A stretch of 64,000 bases of DNA from NCBI RefSeq assembly GCF_018350175.1, contig NC_058381.1:23436001-23500000 (forward strand). The letters run 5' to 3'. This stretch comes from Felis catus. Lineage: Eukaryota. Position numbers and translations under genes: made by a program. Under the pieces are notes generated by a model. It saw only the letters and a list, made by a program, of their open reading frames with translations. It was not told where the DNA came from and searched no databases. Below are positions 14,493-29,801 of this stretch, one piece after another (position 1 is the stretch's first letter; each line of letters begins with the position of its first letter).

Positions 14493-15124
14493 TAATCACT
14501 CTTCTTTCAAAGCATTGATTGTGAGGAGTGAGTCTATGAAAATAACATATAACTGAGCCGCAGGTCAGTGGTGTTAGAGACCTGTGTTTTAGGTGTGAGT
14601 GCTTTGTTGTTTTGGTTTTGGCGGCGGTTAGGAGAAGACTTGGTTGTAAATGTCACATTTATTCCCTTTTGTTGCAAGTCACTTTAGTGACCATAGTTTT
14701 TAGGTGACAAGTTGGGTATGCTGGATTGTACAGTAATTCTGAAAGACGTTGTACAGTTAAGCTTTGATTTCTGAGACTTTCAATATTTAATTCTCCATAA
14801 CTTCTCTTCCATCTTCTGTCTGCTTAGAGACAACAGGAAGAAAACAACCCTAGATTAATTTATTCGCTTCTTTGGTACTCGGCTGTGATCTGAGACATGG
14901 GTTTGGTCCTGGGCTCTGCTGCTGATTGTGTGGTTGATATTAAACATGTCCTTTAACCTTTAACTTTTTTAGCCTTAGCTTCTTTAGCTGAAATATTCAG
15001 TTAGTACCTGCCTCAGAAAATTGTTCCCAGGCTTGAATAGTATTGACAACCTTAATGAAACACATTTCAAAAATTATAAAGCACCGTGAAGTTACATGAT
15101 AGAGTTAACTGATTTCAGTCATAA

Positions 15125-15484
<360 letters not shown>

Positions 15485-15742
15485 TAAAGGGGTATCAGGT
15501 AGGGAAAGTCATACATTCCTTCATTTTCAGCTCGCCAGAGAAACCCAAAGAATTCATTTGGTAATAAATAAACAATATGTTTCTGGTGGTTTTGCTCCTG
15601 AAAGAATGCCTCTGATGTCAGAGTTACTGAAAGAAGAAAGAAAATTCGGTTGGAAACTATTTTTCCCTTTGATTTGAGGTCGTCTCCAAACAAGTGAGGT
15701 TTTCTGCCTCCGTAATTCGGATTATCAAATCTGCTTTGATAA

Positions 15743-15880
<138 letters not shown>

Positions 15881-17092
15881 TAGTGCTGCAGTCAGTTGTG
15901 AGGCTCAGTGATGAAGTGAAGTAAACGGTGTAGTTTCTTCCAGTCAAAAACTACAGCTAATGATATGTGATGACAGGAGACTAGCATGAATAAGATTTAT
16001 TTGCATTTCTGTTTATTTGCAGTTCAGTATGTGGTCAGATTGTGTGTAATGTACAGCCAGCAATTGAAAAACCAGTATTTCTTTCGCATAAAACCTCATC
16101 CTGCCCAAGAGGTAGACTAGAATGGTGGGAAGAGCCAAGGATTTGGAATCCGAAGACATGAGAGCAAATGTAGGTAGCACATTAATGGATGTGTGAGCAC
16201 AGTTTCCTCATAAAGAGGAATAATAATCTGTAACTAGATTGAATAAAATGTAAGGCTGCTGGCAAATAGTAGGTGCTTGATAGATGTTGATTCCCTTAAC
16301 TCCCTCACCACCCCGCTCCAGGATTCCTAGTAAATTCCTGTGACCTTAGGTTGTTTCTGTTGTCTCCATACTGCGCCAGTTCTTTGGAGGAGGAACACGT
16401 GACCCTACCAAAAAGGGCTTCTGCTTGGTGCCAAAAGCAAAGTCAACTCAACATTAGTGGTGTTTTTTACCTTCTGCCCTCTTCATCCTGCCCATTCTTT
16501 TCCCTTTGCAATGTCCATCATCCCTGCAAGCAATTAAGAATATCTAGCCCTAGTCCTTTCCTGAGACTGTCACTCAAGCTGAAACGTCACCATTCACAGG
16601 GAGAGGAGTTGAGCTTTGCTCAGACAGACCTGGGTTTGCACCTGGACTTCTCCCCCTGCTGGTCAAATGACTGTAGGCATCACGTTCAGGTTTTTTCATT
16701 TGTAAAAAAGAGATATACTTTCTATATTACTTGTCAGTTGCTGAGTAGTAAATTAGCCAAAACACTTAGCAGCTTACAACAATATATATTCTCTCACATA
16801 GTTTCTGTGGCTCAGGAATTGGGAGTAGCTTAGCTTTGTCCTTCTGAGGCTGTAGTCAAGATGCTGGCAGGGGCTGCAGTCAACTGAACTTGACAGGGGT
16901 TTGAGGATCTTCTTCCAACACGGCTCACTCACATACCTAGCAAGTTAGTGCTGGCTTTTGGCAGCAGGCCTCTCTTACTTCCTTCCCACAAGGAACTCTC
17001 CAGAGGGCTGCTTGAGTGTCCTGTGGATATGGCAGCTGGCTTCCCCCATAGCAAGAGAATCAAGACAGAGCAAGACAGAAGCTGTGGTGTTC

Positions 17093-17315
17093 TTTTTTTT
17101 TTTTTTTTAAATGTTTATTTATTTTTGAGAGAGAGAGAGAGACACAGTGTGAGGGAGGGGAGGGGCCGAGAGAGAGGGAGACACAGAATCCGAAGCAGGC
17201 TCCTGGCTCTGAGCTGTCAGCATAGAACCTGACATGGGGCTCAAACCCACAAACCGTGAGATCATGACCTGAGCTGAAATCAGACGCTTAACCGACTGAG
17301 CCACCCAGGCACCCC
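17093..17315 (-). mobile_element. SINEC_Fc-type SINE inserted in an MLT1 LTR
   Basis: Poly-T, (GA)n tract, gagccacccaggcacccc end. Confidence 0.95.
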
Positions 17316-17342
17316 TGTATTCTTATAACCTCGTTTTGGGTT

Positions 17343-17553
17343 GTTTTTTTTTTTTTAAGTTTATTTATTTATTTTGAGAGAGAGAACACATAAGCAGGGG
17401 AGGGGCAGAGAGAGGGGGAGAGAGAACCTCAGGCAAGCTCCGCATTATCAACACGGAGCCTGACTTGGGGTGTGAACTCATGAACTGTGAGATCATGACC
17501 TGAACTGAAATGAAGAATTGAACACTTAACCATCTGAGCCACCCAGGCATCCC
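17343..17553 (-). mobile_element. Can-SINE inserted in an MLT1 LTR
   Basis: Poly-T, (GA)n tract, gagccacccaggcatccc end. Confidence 0.92.
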
Positions 17554-17963
17554 ACCCTAGCTTTGGAAGTTTCACACTGTCATTTCCACAGCACCCTACT
17601 GGTTACACAGGTCGGCCTGTACAGGGGCTAGGTGAGGGGCCACCTCCTTAACATTAGGAGGCAAGAATCTGTATGGGCCATCTTGGAGGCTGGCAAGCAT
17701 ACCTGTCTAAAGTCTTCTGGTTTGGGGTGGGGAAGGCCCAGATTGGGTTTCTAGAAACTAGGATTTAGGGGAGGACAGAATTGATGTGTGGGACACATGG
17801 CAAAACTTGGGATTAAATTCGTGGGGCAGAAAGTAGAGACTCCAAAACCACAGACAGTTGCAAATGCACCTGAAATCCTAGGATTTTTAGAAAGCATGGG
17901 AAGGAAACAGTTCAAGGTACTCTTCAGATGCCTACCTTGAGAGCTTTAATAAAAGTGAGGTAT

Positions 17964-18178
17964 GGGCGTCTGGCTGGCCCAGTCGGTTGAGCGTCCGACT
18001 TCAGCTCAGGTCATGATCTCACAGTTTGTGAGTTCGAGCCCCACATCAGGTTCTGTGCTGACAGCTCAGAGCAGAGCCTGGAGCCTGCCTCGGATTCTGT
18101 GTCTCCCTCTCTCTCTGCTCCTCCCCTGCTCACACTCTGTCTCTCTCTCAAAAATAAATAAAGATTAAAAAAAAAAAA
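17964..18178 (+). mobile_element. SINEC_Fc-type SINE
   Basis: tRNA-derived head, (CT)n tract, A-rich tail. Confidence 0.95.
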
Positions 18179-18479
18179 GGTAAATCTTCATAGTACCCAC
18201 AAGAGAGCCCAGTGCTCAATTTAAGAGTCTCCACTGTGCACCTGACACTGTGCAAGGAACTTGACACACAGTGTTACATTTTACTGTCACCAAGACTCTG
18301 CCAAGTAGACATCTTCACCCTGTGTTATTGAAGAGAAATCAACACTTAGGTTCAGGGACTTGCCCAAGGTTGCAGAGATGGGAAACAGCCACTGAAGGAT
18401 TCAGCCCCAGCTCTGCCTCTGGATCCGGTGCTCTTTAGACTCTGGCACATGGCCTCTGGGCTGTGCAGGGCCCTAATGC

Positions 18480-18640
18480 CCACTAGCAAGTTACACCATA
18501 TGTTTGTGCCTCAGTTTCCTTGTGTGAAAATGGAGATAATGACACATACTTCATTTAGTTGTACTGAGGATTGAAATGGGTAGATATGTGTAAAGCTTAG
18601 AGCAGTGCCTGGCGTGTGAGAGGCTTTCTGGAAAACACGA
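18480..18640 (+). mobile_element. MIR SINE
   Basis: gtgcctcagtttccttgtgtgaaaatggagataat core. Confidence 0.75.
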
Positions 18641-18771
18641 GCCATGGCCGCCATTACCACCATCACCCCCTGCCCCTCCTCATGATCATCATCACTCTCA
18701 TCACTCCGGCCACCTAGCTGTAGCCAGCTGTTTCCTAGTCCATAAAGTGGAAGGATGCAGTCATTGTTTTC

Positions 18772-19003
18772 TTTTTTTTTCTTTTAATTTTTTTAATGTT
18801 TACTTATTTTTGAGAGAAGGAGAGAGACAGAGCACAAGCAGGGGAGGGGCAGAGAGAGAGGGAGATACAAAATCCAAAGCAGTCTCCAGGCTCTGAGCTG
18901 TCAGCACAGAGCCCGATGTGGGGCTTGAACTCGGGAAAGACAAGATCGTGACCTGAGGCAAAGTTGGCGGCTTAACCGACTGAGCCACCCACCCAGGCGC
19001 CCC
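18772..19003 (-). mobile_element. SINEC_Fc-type SINE
   Basis: Poly-T, (GA)n tract, cccaggcgcccc end; degenerate TSD tgcagt..gttttct. Confidence 0.95.
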
Positions 19004-19080
19004 TGCAGTTGTTTTCTAAAGCTCCTTCCCCTGCTGTGCAAGGACTAGCGGAAGCATTGACAAAAGGCTACTGCTTTAAA

Positions 19081-19290
19081 TTTTTTTTTTAACGTTTATT
19101 TATTTTTGAGACAGAGACTGAGCATGAATGGGGGAGGGGCAGAGAGAGAGGGAGACACAGAATCCGAAGCCGGCTCCAGGCTCTGAGCCATCAGCCCAGA
19201 GCCCGACGCGGGGCTCGAACTCACAGACCACGAGATCGTGACCTGAGTTGAAGTCAGACGCTTAACCAACTGAGCCACCCAGGCACCCCG
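19081..19290 (-). mobile_element. Young SINEC_Fc-type SINE
   Basis: Perfect 17-bp TSD aaggctactgctttaaa (19064-19080 and 19291-19307). Confidence 0.97.
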
Positions 19291-19345
19291 AAGGCTACTG
19301 CTTTAAAGAACGTTGCATGACTAGGGCCACCTGAGGTAGTCTTAG

Positions 19346-19621
<276 letters not shown>

Positions 19622-20192
19622 TGAGCCGGTATTCAGCATCATCCCTGGCTTGAGTGTGGGGTGAGGGCGGTGGAAACACTTCAAATCTTAATGTCTCAGG
19701 GGAGCCTTTCTTCCCTGTCCTCGGAAGGCAGGTGAGGGAGGAGGCTTGGAAGAGACGTTTCAGAAAGACTTCAAAACCAAGAGTTAGGAGGACCTGGGTT
19801 TATCTCTTCCACTCCACTCCCTGATTTTCTTAACATCTCTAACCCTGAGTGTTCTCATCTATAAAATGGGCACAATGTGAGTAATAACACGAAGTGTGAG
19901 CAGTACTTGGCCAGTGCCCACCACATGTATATTCAGGCTGCTCCCCTTCTTTAGTCCTCAGTGGCATTTGCATGAATTAGCTTTTATAAAGAGGCTGCTT
20001 TCAGGAAGTAGGAGAACACGGTGACCTAACTCACACAGTGGGAAAGGTTAATGGTCACAGGTGCTGTGTGTGCCCAGCACCAAGCAGGCACTCACCCAAT
20101 ACCTGGATCCGCGTTGCCCCTCTGCTCTCTGCTAAGGTAGCCTCAAGGTCTCCCTTGTGTTCAGATGCAGACACGTCCCAGTCGCGTGTTGA

Positions 20193-20411
<219 letters not shown>

Positions 20412-21045
20412 TGATAGGCCAGGGCGGTGTTGATTTGGGTGCATACAGAGCTTCTGAGTTGGACAGTAAGGGACACCAAATTGCTCTTAGTTTCTTTAAT
20501 TGCTACTAAAATACGGTAATGCCTGTAAGTTCATTTATTTCTAATTATTTAGCACACTGCCCAGGACCCTAGATTTACATTAATGAATAATTGAAAAAAA
20601 AAGGAAGTGGGATATTGCCATGGGATAATAATAATTTAGAAAGCTGATGTAGAGTTTTGGCTAAGAAGCGAATAAATTTCTTTTTCACTCTTAGTTGTGA
20701 CATCTCACTGTGAAGTGTGTAATGAATAGGATGTGTTTTAGAAATGCATTTCATTGTTAGTGTCATTTCCCAAGGTGGAAATCAGTCTAAGCACAGAATT
20801 CATGGATCACTGTCGCAGACCAGGTTATAAGATGTTCAACAAGAGCAAAATCCATAGGCCCCTCGGGTGTGCATGGCACATACCAAAATCCCAGAAGACC
20901 TTCCCCTGGGGTTTTAATGAGTGTCCACATTATAATAAGTAGAATAGTAAATTGAGTAAATAAATTTTGATTTTCAAATAGAAATTGTGGTAAAGGCTTA
21001 TATCATTGTCTGAAAATAAATTTCAGAATTTCTAAGGCAGTGTGA

Positions 21046-21210
<165 letters not shown>

Positions 21211-21994
21211 TAGGTGACTCAGCTCATTTCCCCTGGGTGACTTCTGAGGTTGAGGTCCCAGGAGGGTATCTTTGATCTCTACTATAAAAGAACAGTAATT
21301 CTCCCATATCGTGTAGTCAGTCTTCCTGCTTTGTTGTGTTTTATTCTCCTTCAAGTAATGAGATTAGTAAGTTGTTCTTTATATATACACGTATGTGTTT
21401 GTGTGTGTGTATTTAATACTGTATGCTGATATAAGTAACGTATCCACATTATAATAAATGTGGAAAATACTAAAGTAGAAATTCAAAACCATAATATAGG
21501 TCGCACTACTCTTTATCAAATTTGTAAGTTTTCAGAGTAATAAAAAAAAAATTGAAACATACAAAAGGGGTCATCAGTATAAAGCCTTCCTCCCTGAGGC
21601 AGCTATTGACCCTCATGTACTAGTGCCCTGCTTATCATTGCTTAGTTCTCCCATACAGCATGTCTAAGCATCCTCCCAACTTCTGCTGGCTTTTTATAAA
21701 TTGTTCATTACTATTACATAATCACCACTGTGAAGTGATTATTTAACCACTCCGTTACCGAACATGTGCATTATCTTAGGCTTTTCTAAGCAATGAACAT
21801 TTTTGTACATAAAATCTTTATTTCAAGATACACCTTTTGGGTCACATTCCTAGATGTGGACCTACTTGGTCAAAAGGTATAAACTTTTAAGTTCTTGATA
21901 TAATCGGAACAGATTTGTTGAGCTGTTTTCCCACATTTTTATAGTTCTACTAAGTGAATGCCTCTGTGTATGTATATATTTAACTGAGTTTTAA

Positions 21995-22159
<165 letters not shown>

Positions 22160-22464
22160 TAGATACTTAGTGTATTATAGTTGTATCCCCCAAATGTATC
22201 CCTGTTGAAAGGAGATCAGGAAAGTACTCAGGTATAATGTGGCCTACTCCACACTTATACAGTTTCCTTCCTGTCTCCTGTCTCATGAAAAATATCAATG
22301 CTCTTTGTACTACTGCTCCATGATCTGTCCGTGTTTGTTTTAATATTAGTCTGCTTTTGGTTTTTGTTTTTGTTTTTTTCTAAAAAATCTTTCAGTAGAA
22401 GTGACAAGTCAGAAAAATGAACAGCCCTTGGCTTTATGTAGCTCCCATTAGACTAATAAGTTAA

Positions 22465-22660
22465 AAGCATAGAAATGGGTTTTAGGGTCAGGTAGACATG
22501 GTTCAAATCCTGGCTTGCCCTTTAGTAGCCGGGTGACGTTTGGTATATCATTAACTTCTCTGAAGGTCTGTTTCCTCATCTGGAACCTGGAAGTCATTAC
22601 ATCTACCTCAGTGGCCTCGGAGATGCCTTGTGTTAAAGTACCTAGCATGATACCTGACCC
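22465..22660 (+). mobile_element. MIR SINE
   Basis: catggttcaaatcctggct...gtttcctcatctgg core. Confidence 0.75.
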
Positions 22661-22679
22661 ATACCGACTGCTTAATTTA

Positions 22680-22830
22680 GTACAGTGACTCTGAAAACCT
22701 GGGAAGCCCTATGTGGACTAATCTGTTCAGAATTTCTGGGACTAGGGCCTGGGAATTGGTTTTGGAGAAAGAAAGCTCCTTGGATGATTCTAGTGTGCTG
22801 CGAAGGTTGAGAGAGACTTTCTAATGGAAA
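22680..22830. mobile_element. MER5-like hAT fragment
   Basis: cagaatttctggg...gcctgggaatt...agctccttggatgattctagtg pattern. Confidence 0.55.
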
Positions 22831-23200
22831 AGTACTGGGCTGGAATTTTGAAACCTCGCCTCTCCTCGTCACCTTGCTGCAAACCAGCTTTGCCCTGTAG
22901 CCTCTGGGTCTTCCACACGGTCTCTGTAAAACGAGGAAGACAGACCTCTCTGGAGTCTAATCCAAAAATACCAGTGAGGAGCTGTGGAAGACCTCACCTC
23001 TCTGATGGCATAGGCTGTTCAGCACATAAGACCTTGCAGAGTTTCAAGAAGCCACACTTTTACAGGCTGCTGTTTTCATTGGCTTTCCGACTTTAAGCTG
23101 TCCAAGACCTCCTGTGTTTTTTAAAGCTGAAATGATACTTTCTGTAACATGTCTTTGGCAAAGCAGATTTCGAATGCTTTTTTTTTACATTTTATTATAG

Positions 23201-23584
<384 letters not shown>

Positions 23585-23813
23585 TAGAATTATATGTACA
23601 AAAAGTTTTTGATACTCTGGGAAAGTACTTCTGATGTTAAGCAAATTAAAACAGGATATGCTGTTGTTTCTACGACATGATCTCAATAAATGGGTGGAAA
23701 AAAGAATGAAAGGAAATTAGCCTAATCATTAACGGTGGTTGCCTCTGGAGAGGATGATGAGTAGGACTTTTGTCTGCTTTCATTTTCTATTAGAAAATGT
23801 TGTTCTAACAACC

Positions 23814-23830
23814 GGGGGGGGGGGGGGGGG
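23814..23830 (+). repeat. G17 homopolymer
   Basis: Directly read. Confidence 0.95.
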
Positions 23831-24178
23831 AGGGCAATGAAGGAGAAAAGCTGGCATAGAAGAAGAGGTACAGATTGGAAATCCCAAATGAGCCCTTGGT
23901 ACTGAAGTGGGCTGCTGTGTAGGAGGGCATCTCAGTAATGATGTGCCATGCACCTTGATAGAGCATCAGTGGCTTATAGCTGCTCAGGCATATAGGTCAA
24001 AGCCTCCCAATTCCCATTCCCTCTCCTTACCAGCATTTGCCTTATACATTTGTCTCTGTGACAAGATTTGAAACAAGTTATGTTCCTGGAGAGGTAAAAC
24101 CATTCTGGGCCAGCAGAGCATGCATCAGGTTAGGGAGATCTGGCTCTGCTCCCCTTTATTGCCACGATCTTCCAGCCA

Positions 24179-24299
24179 GGGGGTGCCTGGCTGGCTCAGT
24201 TGGAAGAGCACTTGACTCTTAATCTCAGGGTCATGAGTTTGAGTCCCACGCTGGGGGTAGAGATTGCTTAAATAAATAAATTCAATTTAAAAAAAAAAA
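24179..24299 (+). mobile_element. Short old Can-SINE (tRNA-Lys-like)
   Basis: ggctggctcagttggaagagc...gtttgagtccc A/B boxes followed by an A-rich tail. Confidence 0.88.
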
Positions 24300-24483
24300 T
24301 GCTCCCAACCGAGGGCTAATGGAGAAGTAGCTTCATGGCGTTTTCTACAGAGGAAATAACCCAAAGTGACCTTTGGAGTTGGAGCTCATTAAGGTGGATG
24401 TCTGCCTGCCTGCCTTCAAAGACAGCAAAGAAGTTCGGAAGGGCTGAAAGAGGGAAGCTGAATTCTTGTAAAAAAAAAAAAAA

Positions 24484-24696
24484 TTTTTTTAATGTTTATT
24501 CATTTTTGAGAGAGAAAAAGAGAGAGAGACAGAGCAGGAGTCGGGGTGGGGCAGAGAGAGAGCAGGACACAATCTAAAGTAGGCTCCAGGCTCTGAGTTG
24601 TTAGCACAGAGCCTGATGCGGGGCTCAAACCCACAAACCATGGTAAGACCTGAGCTGAAGTCAGACACCTAACCGACTGAGCCATCAAGGCGCTCC
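24484..24696 (-). mobile_element. SINEC_Fc-type SINE nested in the tail of the adjacent SINE
   Basis: Full SINE body flanked by aaaaattttttt on both sides. Confidence 0.92.
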
Positions 24697-24704
24697 TAGA
24701 AAAA

Positions 24705-24896
24705 TTTTTTTTAATTAATTTATTTTTGAGAGAGGGCATGAGTGAGTGAGGGGCAGAGAAAGAGAAAGAGAGAGAATCCCACACAGGCTCTGCATTGTCA
24801 GCACAGAGCCCGAAGCGGGGTTCAAACTCATGAATTGTGAGATCATGAGCGAGCTGAAGTCAGATGTTTAAACAGATTGAGCCACCCAGGCACCCC
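24705..24896 (-). mobile_element. Can-SINE (outer element of a nested pair)
   Basis: 16-bp TSD agggaagctgaattct (24451-24466 and 24897-24912) brackets both SINEs. Confidence 0.92.
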
Positions 24897-25587
24897 AGGG
24901 AAGCTGAATTCTATTCTACTGTCCATCTTGAGGAATAAGAGCCACCCCAAAATTGAGTGGGGAGTGGTAGTTCTGATGAGGAAGAAAGCAGGCTGATTTC
25001 CTGGGACTGACCAACAGGAAGGGAAAGAAGACAGAAACTGGGACATCATCTTCTCAAAATTAGAGAATTGCACCTTTGGTTAATCTGAGTACTCTGTTCC
25101 TTAGTCACTGCCTAGATAGTACCTTTTTCTTTGCAATAAAACGCATGACTTGCTATGTCCAGAGCAGTGTCTGGATGCTAATCTGGGTGATGAGATATTT
25201 TTTTGTCATCATGAACACGGCTGGGCATACGGTTGTGCAGTGTGTGCACTGCTCAGAAGCAGGCAACTGAGCACAAGTGGCACTACAGTTTAGTCCGAAC
25301 TCCTCAAGCCTTACCCCCGTAGGACAGCCTCTTCCCAGAGAAGAAGCCTCTTTCACTGTCGCCAAAGTCCCCATTTAGAATAGCAGAGGCCCCCATGTGT
25401 GCGGCAGACTGTTTAAGGAAATGGGAAGTTTGGGAATCCGTACTCAGCCCCTTCTCTAGAATCCCACAGTGAGTACCGGTCACCCTGATCCTATAGGGTT
25501 AGCGTGAGAATTGAATGAAAACCTAGTGTCAGCTGGAGCATAAGTGTGTATTTCCTCCACCCTCTCCACTCCCCTGCTTGTTTCTAA

Positions 25588-26196
<609 letters not shown>

Positions 26197-26569
26197 ATGG
26201 TCTGCCATACCTTCCAGGTGTCGTGGTAATGGAAAGACCCAAGCTTGAGTATCAGATATGCAGGATTCAATTTTAGGGGCAGAAACAACCCATTCAATTT
26301 TATTCAGAATGGGCTCACATCTATTTAAATTTTTCCCAAAGGGCTCAACCACTTTAGGGAGTGGTTCTGCTGCATTGGCCACGGTCCAGGTTGTTGGAAC
26401 CTCTGACCTGTGCAGCCGGGAGCCGGGAAATACGGTCGTAGGGCGGGCTGAGCAGACTGGACGGTTGCGAAGGGTGTTTGGCCTCAGACACCAAGATAAA
26501 GACAAAAAAAGAATGAATTTAGGAATCGTTATGTTATATATTGTGTCTCGGAATTGTTTTTCTTTTTGT

Positions 26570-26575
26570 AATAAA
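26570..26575 (+). terminator. Candidate proximal polyadenylation signal of HEATR6
   Basis: AATAAA about 370 nt after the stop codon, preceded by a U-rich tract ending in TGTA. Confidence 0.55.
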
Positions 26576-27186
26576 CTAATGAAAACTAGCGTGCCCATAA
26601 CCTTCTCTGTTTTTAGATCAAGTTGCGTTTATAGAAAGCCTCAGGCAGAGCTGATGTTCGGCCAGTCTGCACTGGTGTAGCTGCTTCAGTTGCTAAAATA
26701 CTGGAAGTTCCTCACAGGCTGCTAAACAGCTACTGCACTGAGCTTCCCAGGTACGCACCCTGGAAGCCCTCCGTGTGCCTCCCCATGAGCTGCTAGCTAA
26801 AGAGCTGCCTCCTGGCACCTGGCTGCCACCCTGGGCCCGCGTCCAGTTCACCGTAGCTGCACCACCCGCTTCCGTCTCAGCTTCTAAAGTCCCCGAGGAG
26901 AGCATGGTCCGTACACTAAAGGTATGGTTGTTTCACCACCTTTGCATCTGTGCCTTAGAAAAAGAGTTCTCTAATTTAATTTAGATGGTTATAAAGCTTT
27001 TTAAACTATATTTTGATAATGTCTAAGCCGTTATAAAAGTGATTTCTCCCTGAAGAACTATTTACATTTAAATTTTGCGTTCTTCTATTAACCACCAACA
27101 CTTTATGAGAATTGATTTCAGGTAAGAACTTCAATCCACAAAAGAACCAACTAAAATTACTCTATACTTATATTTGATCTCGGATA

Positions 27187-27192
27187 AATAAA
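27187..27192 (+). terminator. Candidate distal polyadenylation signal of HEATR6
   Basis: AATAAA in AT-rich sequence about 1 kb after the stop codon; motif only. Confidence 0.35.
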
Positions 27193-28159
27193 AATCAACA
27201 TACATAGAATGGATTTTGGCAATACATTATTTAACTGTTGTTATTTAGCTTAAAATTCATATTTTAGGGCATACATATGTCCTCAGCATTTCTCATTTGC
27301 CCCTGAGTTGCTCTTTTCCCTCTACTGTGTTGTTGATTGTTCAGGAAATACTATCCAAGCAGACAGGGGAACAGATCAGTCCGGTAACTGAAGGCCCACT
27401 TTTCCATTGGTAGAATGCCAACCAGTTTCCGAACAATTATACTATGGTACAGTAAAAACACCCATGTAGAACATTCTTTAAAGTTGCTTTTCTTTGGAGA
27501 TGACTCTGGACACGAATTATTACAGAGGCCTAGGGACTCTAGGGACTGAGTTGAACCTGTACTGATCCTAATGATGAATCTTGGAACTTCCTTCTCTTTA
27601 AGGAATATGTTCTTAGCAGCAGCTTGTTTACTTGTCCCTGTCCTAAAGGTAAAAATGTGGCATGGATACCCACTGTTTGGGGGGCTTTCACTGGTGACCT
27701 TCTTGATAAAAATATTTGTGAAATGACTTTGGTCTGATTTGATGATTTGCTCTTATCCTTTGTTTATCTTGAATAAAACTTCATTTTTTGAAGAAACTTT
27801 CACTTCTGTACAGGTTTCCTTGTCTCTGAAAACAGATGTTAGTGTGCTCATATGTAGGGAAAGCCGAAGGGTAAGCACTTCTAGAAACTCCAGGAGCCCG
27901 GGGTACAGCTTCTGTCTGGATGGGATGCTGGCTCTCTCCTTGTCGTAGCACTGTGGGTGTACCCCAAGGGCAGGGGCTCCCACACGCCCTGCGCTGGTGC
28001 CTCAGGAAAGCTGCCATCGTGAAAGGAAGCCTCACAAACAGTAAAGGGTTAGAACTGATTCTGATGCAGAAACAGTAGAAAGTCTGGCTCTGATGCAGAA
28101 TTCTAATTCAGAACACCAAACTCTGAACTTTCTGTTGATGTTTAAAAGAGAAAAAACCA

Positions 28160-28343
28160 GGGGCATCTAGGTGGCTCGGTTGAGCGTCCAACTTCAGCTT
28201 AGGTCATGAGTTCGTGAGTTCAAGCCCCGCATCGGGCTCTGTGCTTACAGCTCAGAGCCTGGGGCCTGCTTCGGATTCTGTGTCTCCCTCTTTCTCTGCC
28301 CCCACCCCCCATCTTCGCACTCTGTGACTCTCTCTCTCTCTCA

Positions 28344-28377
<34 letters not shown>

Positions 28378-28410
28378 AAAATAAACATTTAAAAAAATTA
28401 AAAGGAAAAA
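28160..28410 (+). mobile_element. SINEC_Fc-type SINE
   Basis: tRNA-derived head, long (CT)n tract, A-rich tail. Confidence 0.93.
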
Positions 28411-28789
28411 AAACAGGAGAAGGGGCCATCCAGGTACAGATGGCTAGAGCCTCTGTTTAATAAACTGACAGCATGATGACACCTTGCTTACTTTTGAAGT
28501 TGTTTGTGACCACTAAAAGCCACTAATTCCGACCCACTTGGAGAACTTGAGGAAGGCACACGCTATAACCTGTTGTGTGGTAGTAGTTCATGGTAAAGCA
28601 GGGGTCCTATTGTGATTACAGGGCAGCAGAAACCCCCCCACCGTGGAACACCAGGGCAAGAGCTTCCTTGATTTTGACATCTGTGCGTGAACACAGACCC
28701 TGAGCTGAACATCACCGTCTTTCCAGCCTAAGAGTTCTGTGAATTCTAGCTACTCGGCTTCATTTGGCCTTCACTTTGTGAATACAGTG

Positions 28790-28980
28790 CAGTGCTTCAG
28801 AGCCCAGGGTTGAACCCTGGCTCTGCTGCTTTCTATCTGTGGACATCTTGTGCCTCAGTTTTCCCATCTGCAAAAGAGGGATAATAGTGCCTACCTCATA
28901 AGGATATTATAATGAGTAAATGAGTTAGTATGCGGAGAGTTCTTCAGACAGCTTCTGGCACCCAATAAATGTCAGATACT
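28790..28980 (+). mobile_element. MIR SINE
   Basis: gtgcctcagttttcccatctgcaaaa...atagtgcctacctcataagg core. Confidence 0.8.
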
Positions 28981-29801
28981 TATTTTCCTTGAACTTTCAG
29001 AGCACTAGACAGAAATATGGTTGACATACCATGACCTTTCGTGTTGGTAAATAGCTGGAGTCTCCTGACTGCACCCTCAGGTGAGGTGTTACCTGGGATG
29101 CCTCGGGAAGCTGAATCCAGCAGTATGGGAGAGGCACCACCCCAGGACCTCAGTAGCCTGCCAGATACAGCCCTCCGTCTTGCCCCTACAGGACCCCGTG
29201 GACAAGGGAAATGCCTGGATGTGTGGCAGGCCACATACTTAATGGGGCAGTAGTGACCCCTTTCCTAGTTCTGCCTCAGGACGCATCCCCGAGGGCCAGT
29301 CAGGAATTAACATCCAGTTTCCACAAGCTTTGAAATTACACCCGGGTTTTGCAGGACAACTCTGCAACTTAATAACCACATCCCTGGGCAAGTTACTTGA
29401 CCTCTCATCTGTAAAATGGGGATAATAGTACCTCCTAGGGTTTCAGGAGTAGGTCGCATGATATCTGGCTCGGAGCTGGCACAGAGCAAGCACTCAGCAA
29501 TAAACGGTGCCCTTGTCACACCTCTCTGATGTCCTTCCAGGGCTTGAATGTCTGTCTCTTCACTGGAGAAAGGTCATTGGAGTGGGACCTGCTTTTGGTA
29601 CACACCTGGAGGCCTCGGGTCACAACTGAAGGGATCCTCAGCTCCAGTGGACAAGGATATTGTATTAGGGTTGGGGTCAGAGGACTAAAGCACTGCCACC
29701 AGTAACAGCAGCCCACAGGAATGCAGCCTGCGGGTTTAATTCAAAGCAGCGGCAGCGTATGCCATTTGCAAAAACCTTTCCTTGAAAATTACTGCCCTGT
29801 T

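Larger units (their letters stand above)
16723..17701 (-). mobile_element. MLT1 (MaLR) solo LTR interrupted by two SINEs
   Basis: cttagcagcttacaacaa...cacatagtttctgtggctcaggaatt and ccatcttggaggctg motifs typical of MLT1 reverse strand. Confidence 0.75.

Noticed and set aside
27570-27740. ATGATGA C-box-like motif suggesting a C/D snoRNA
   Set aside because: No properly spaced CTGA D box with a terminal stem, and it is not inside an intron.
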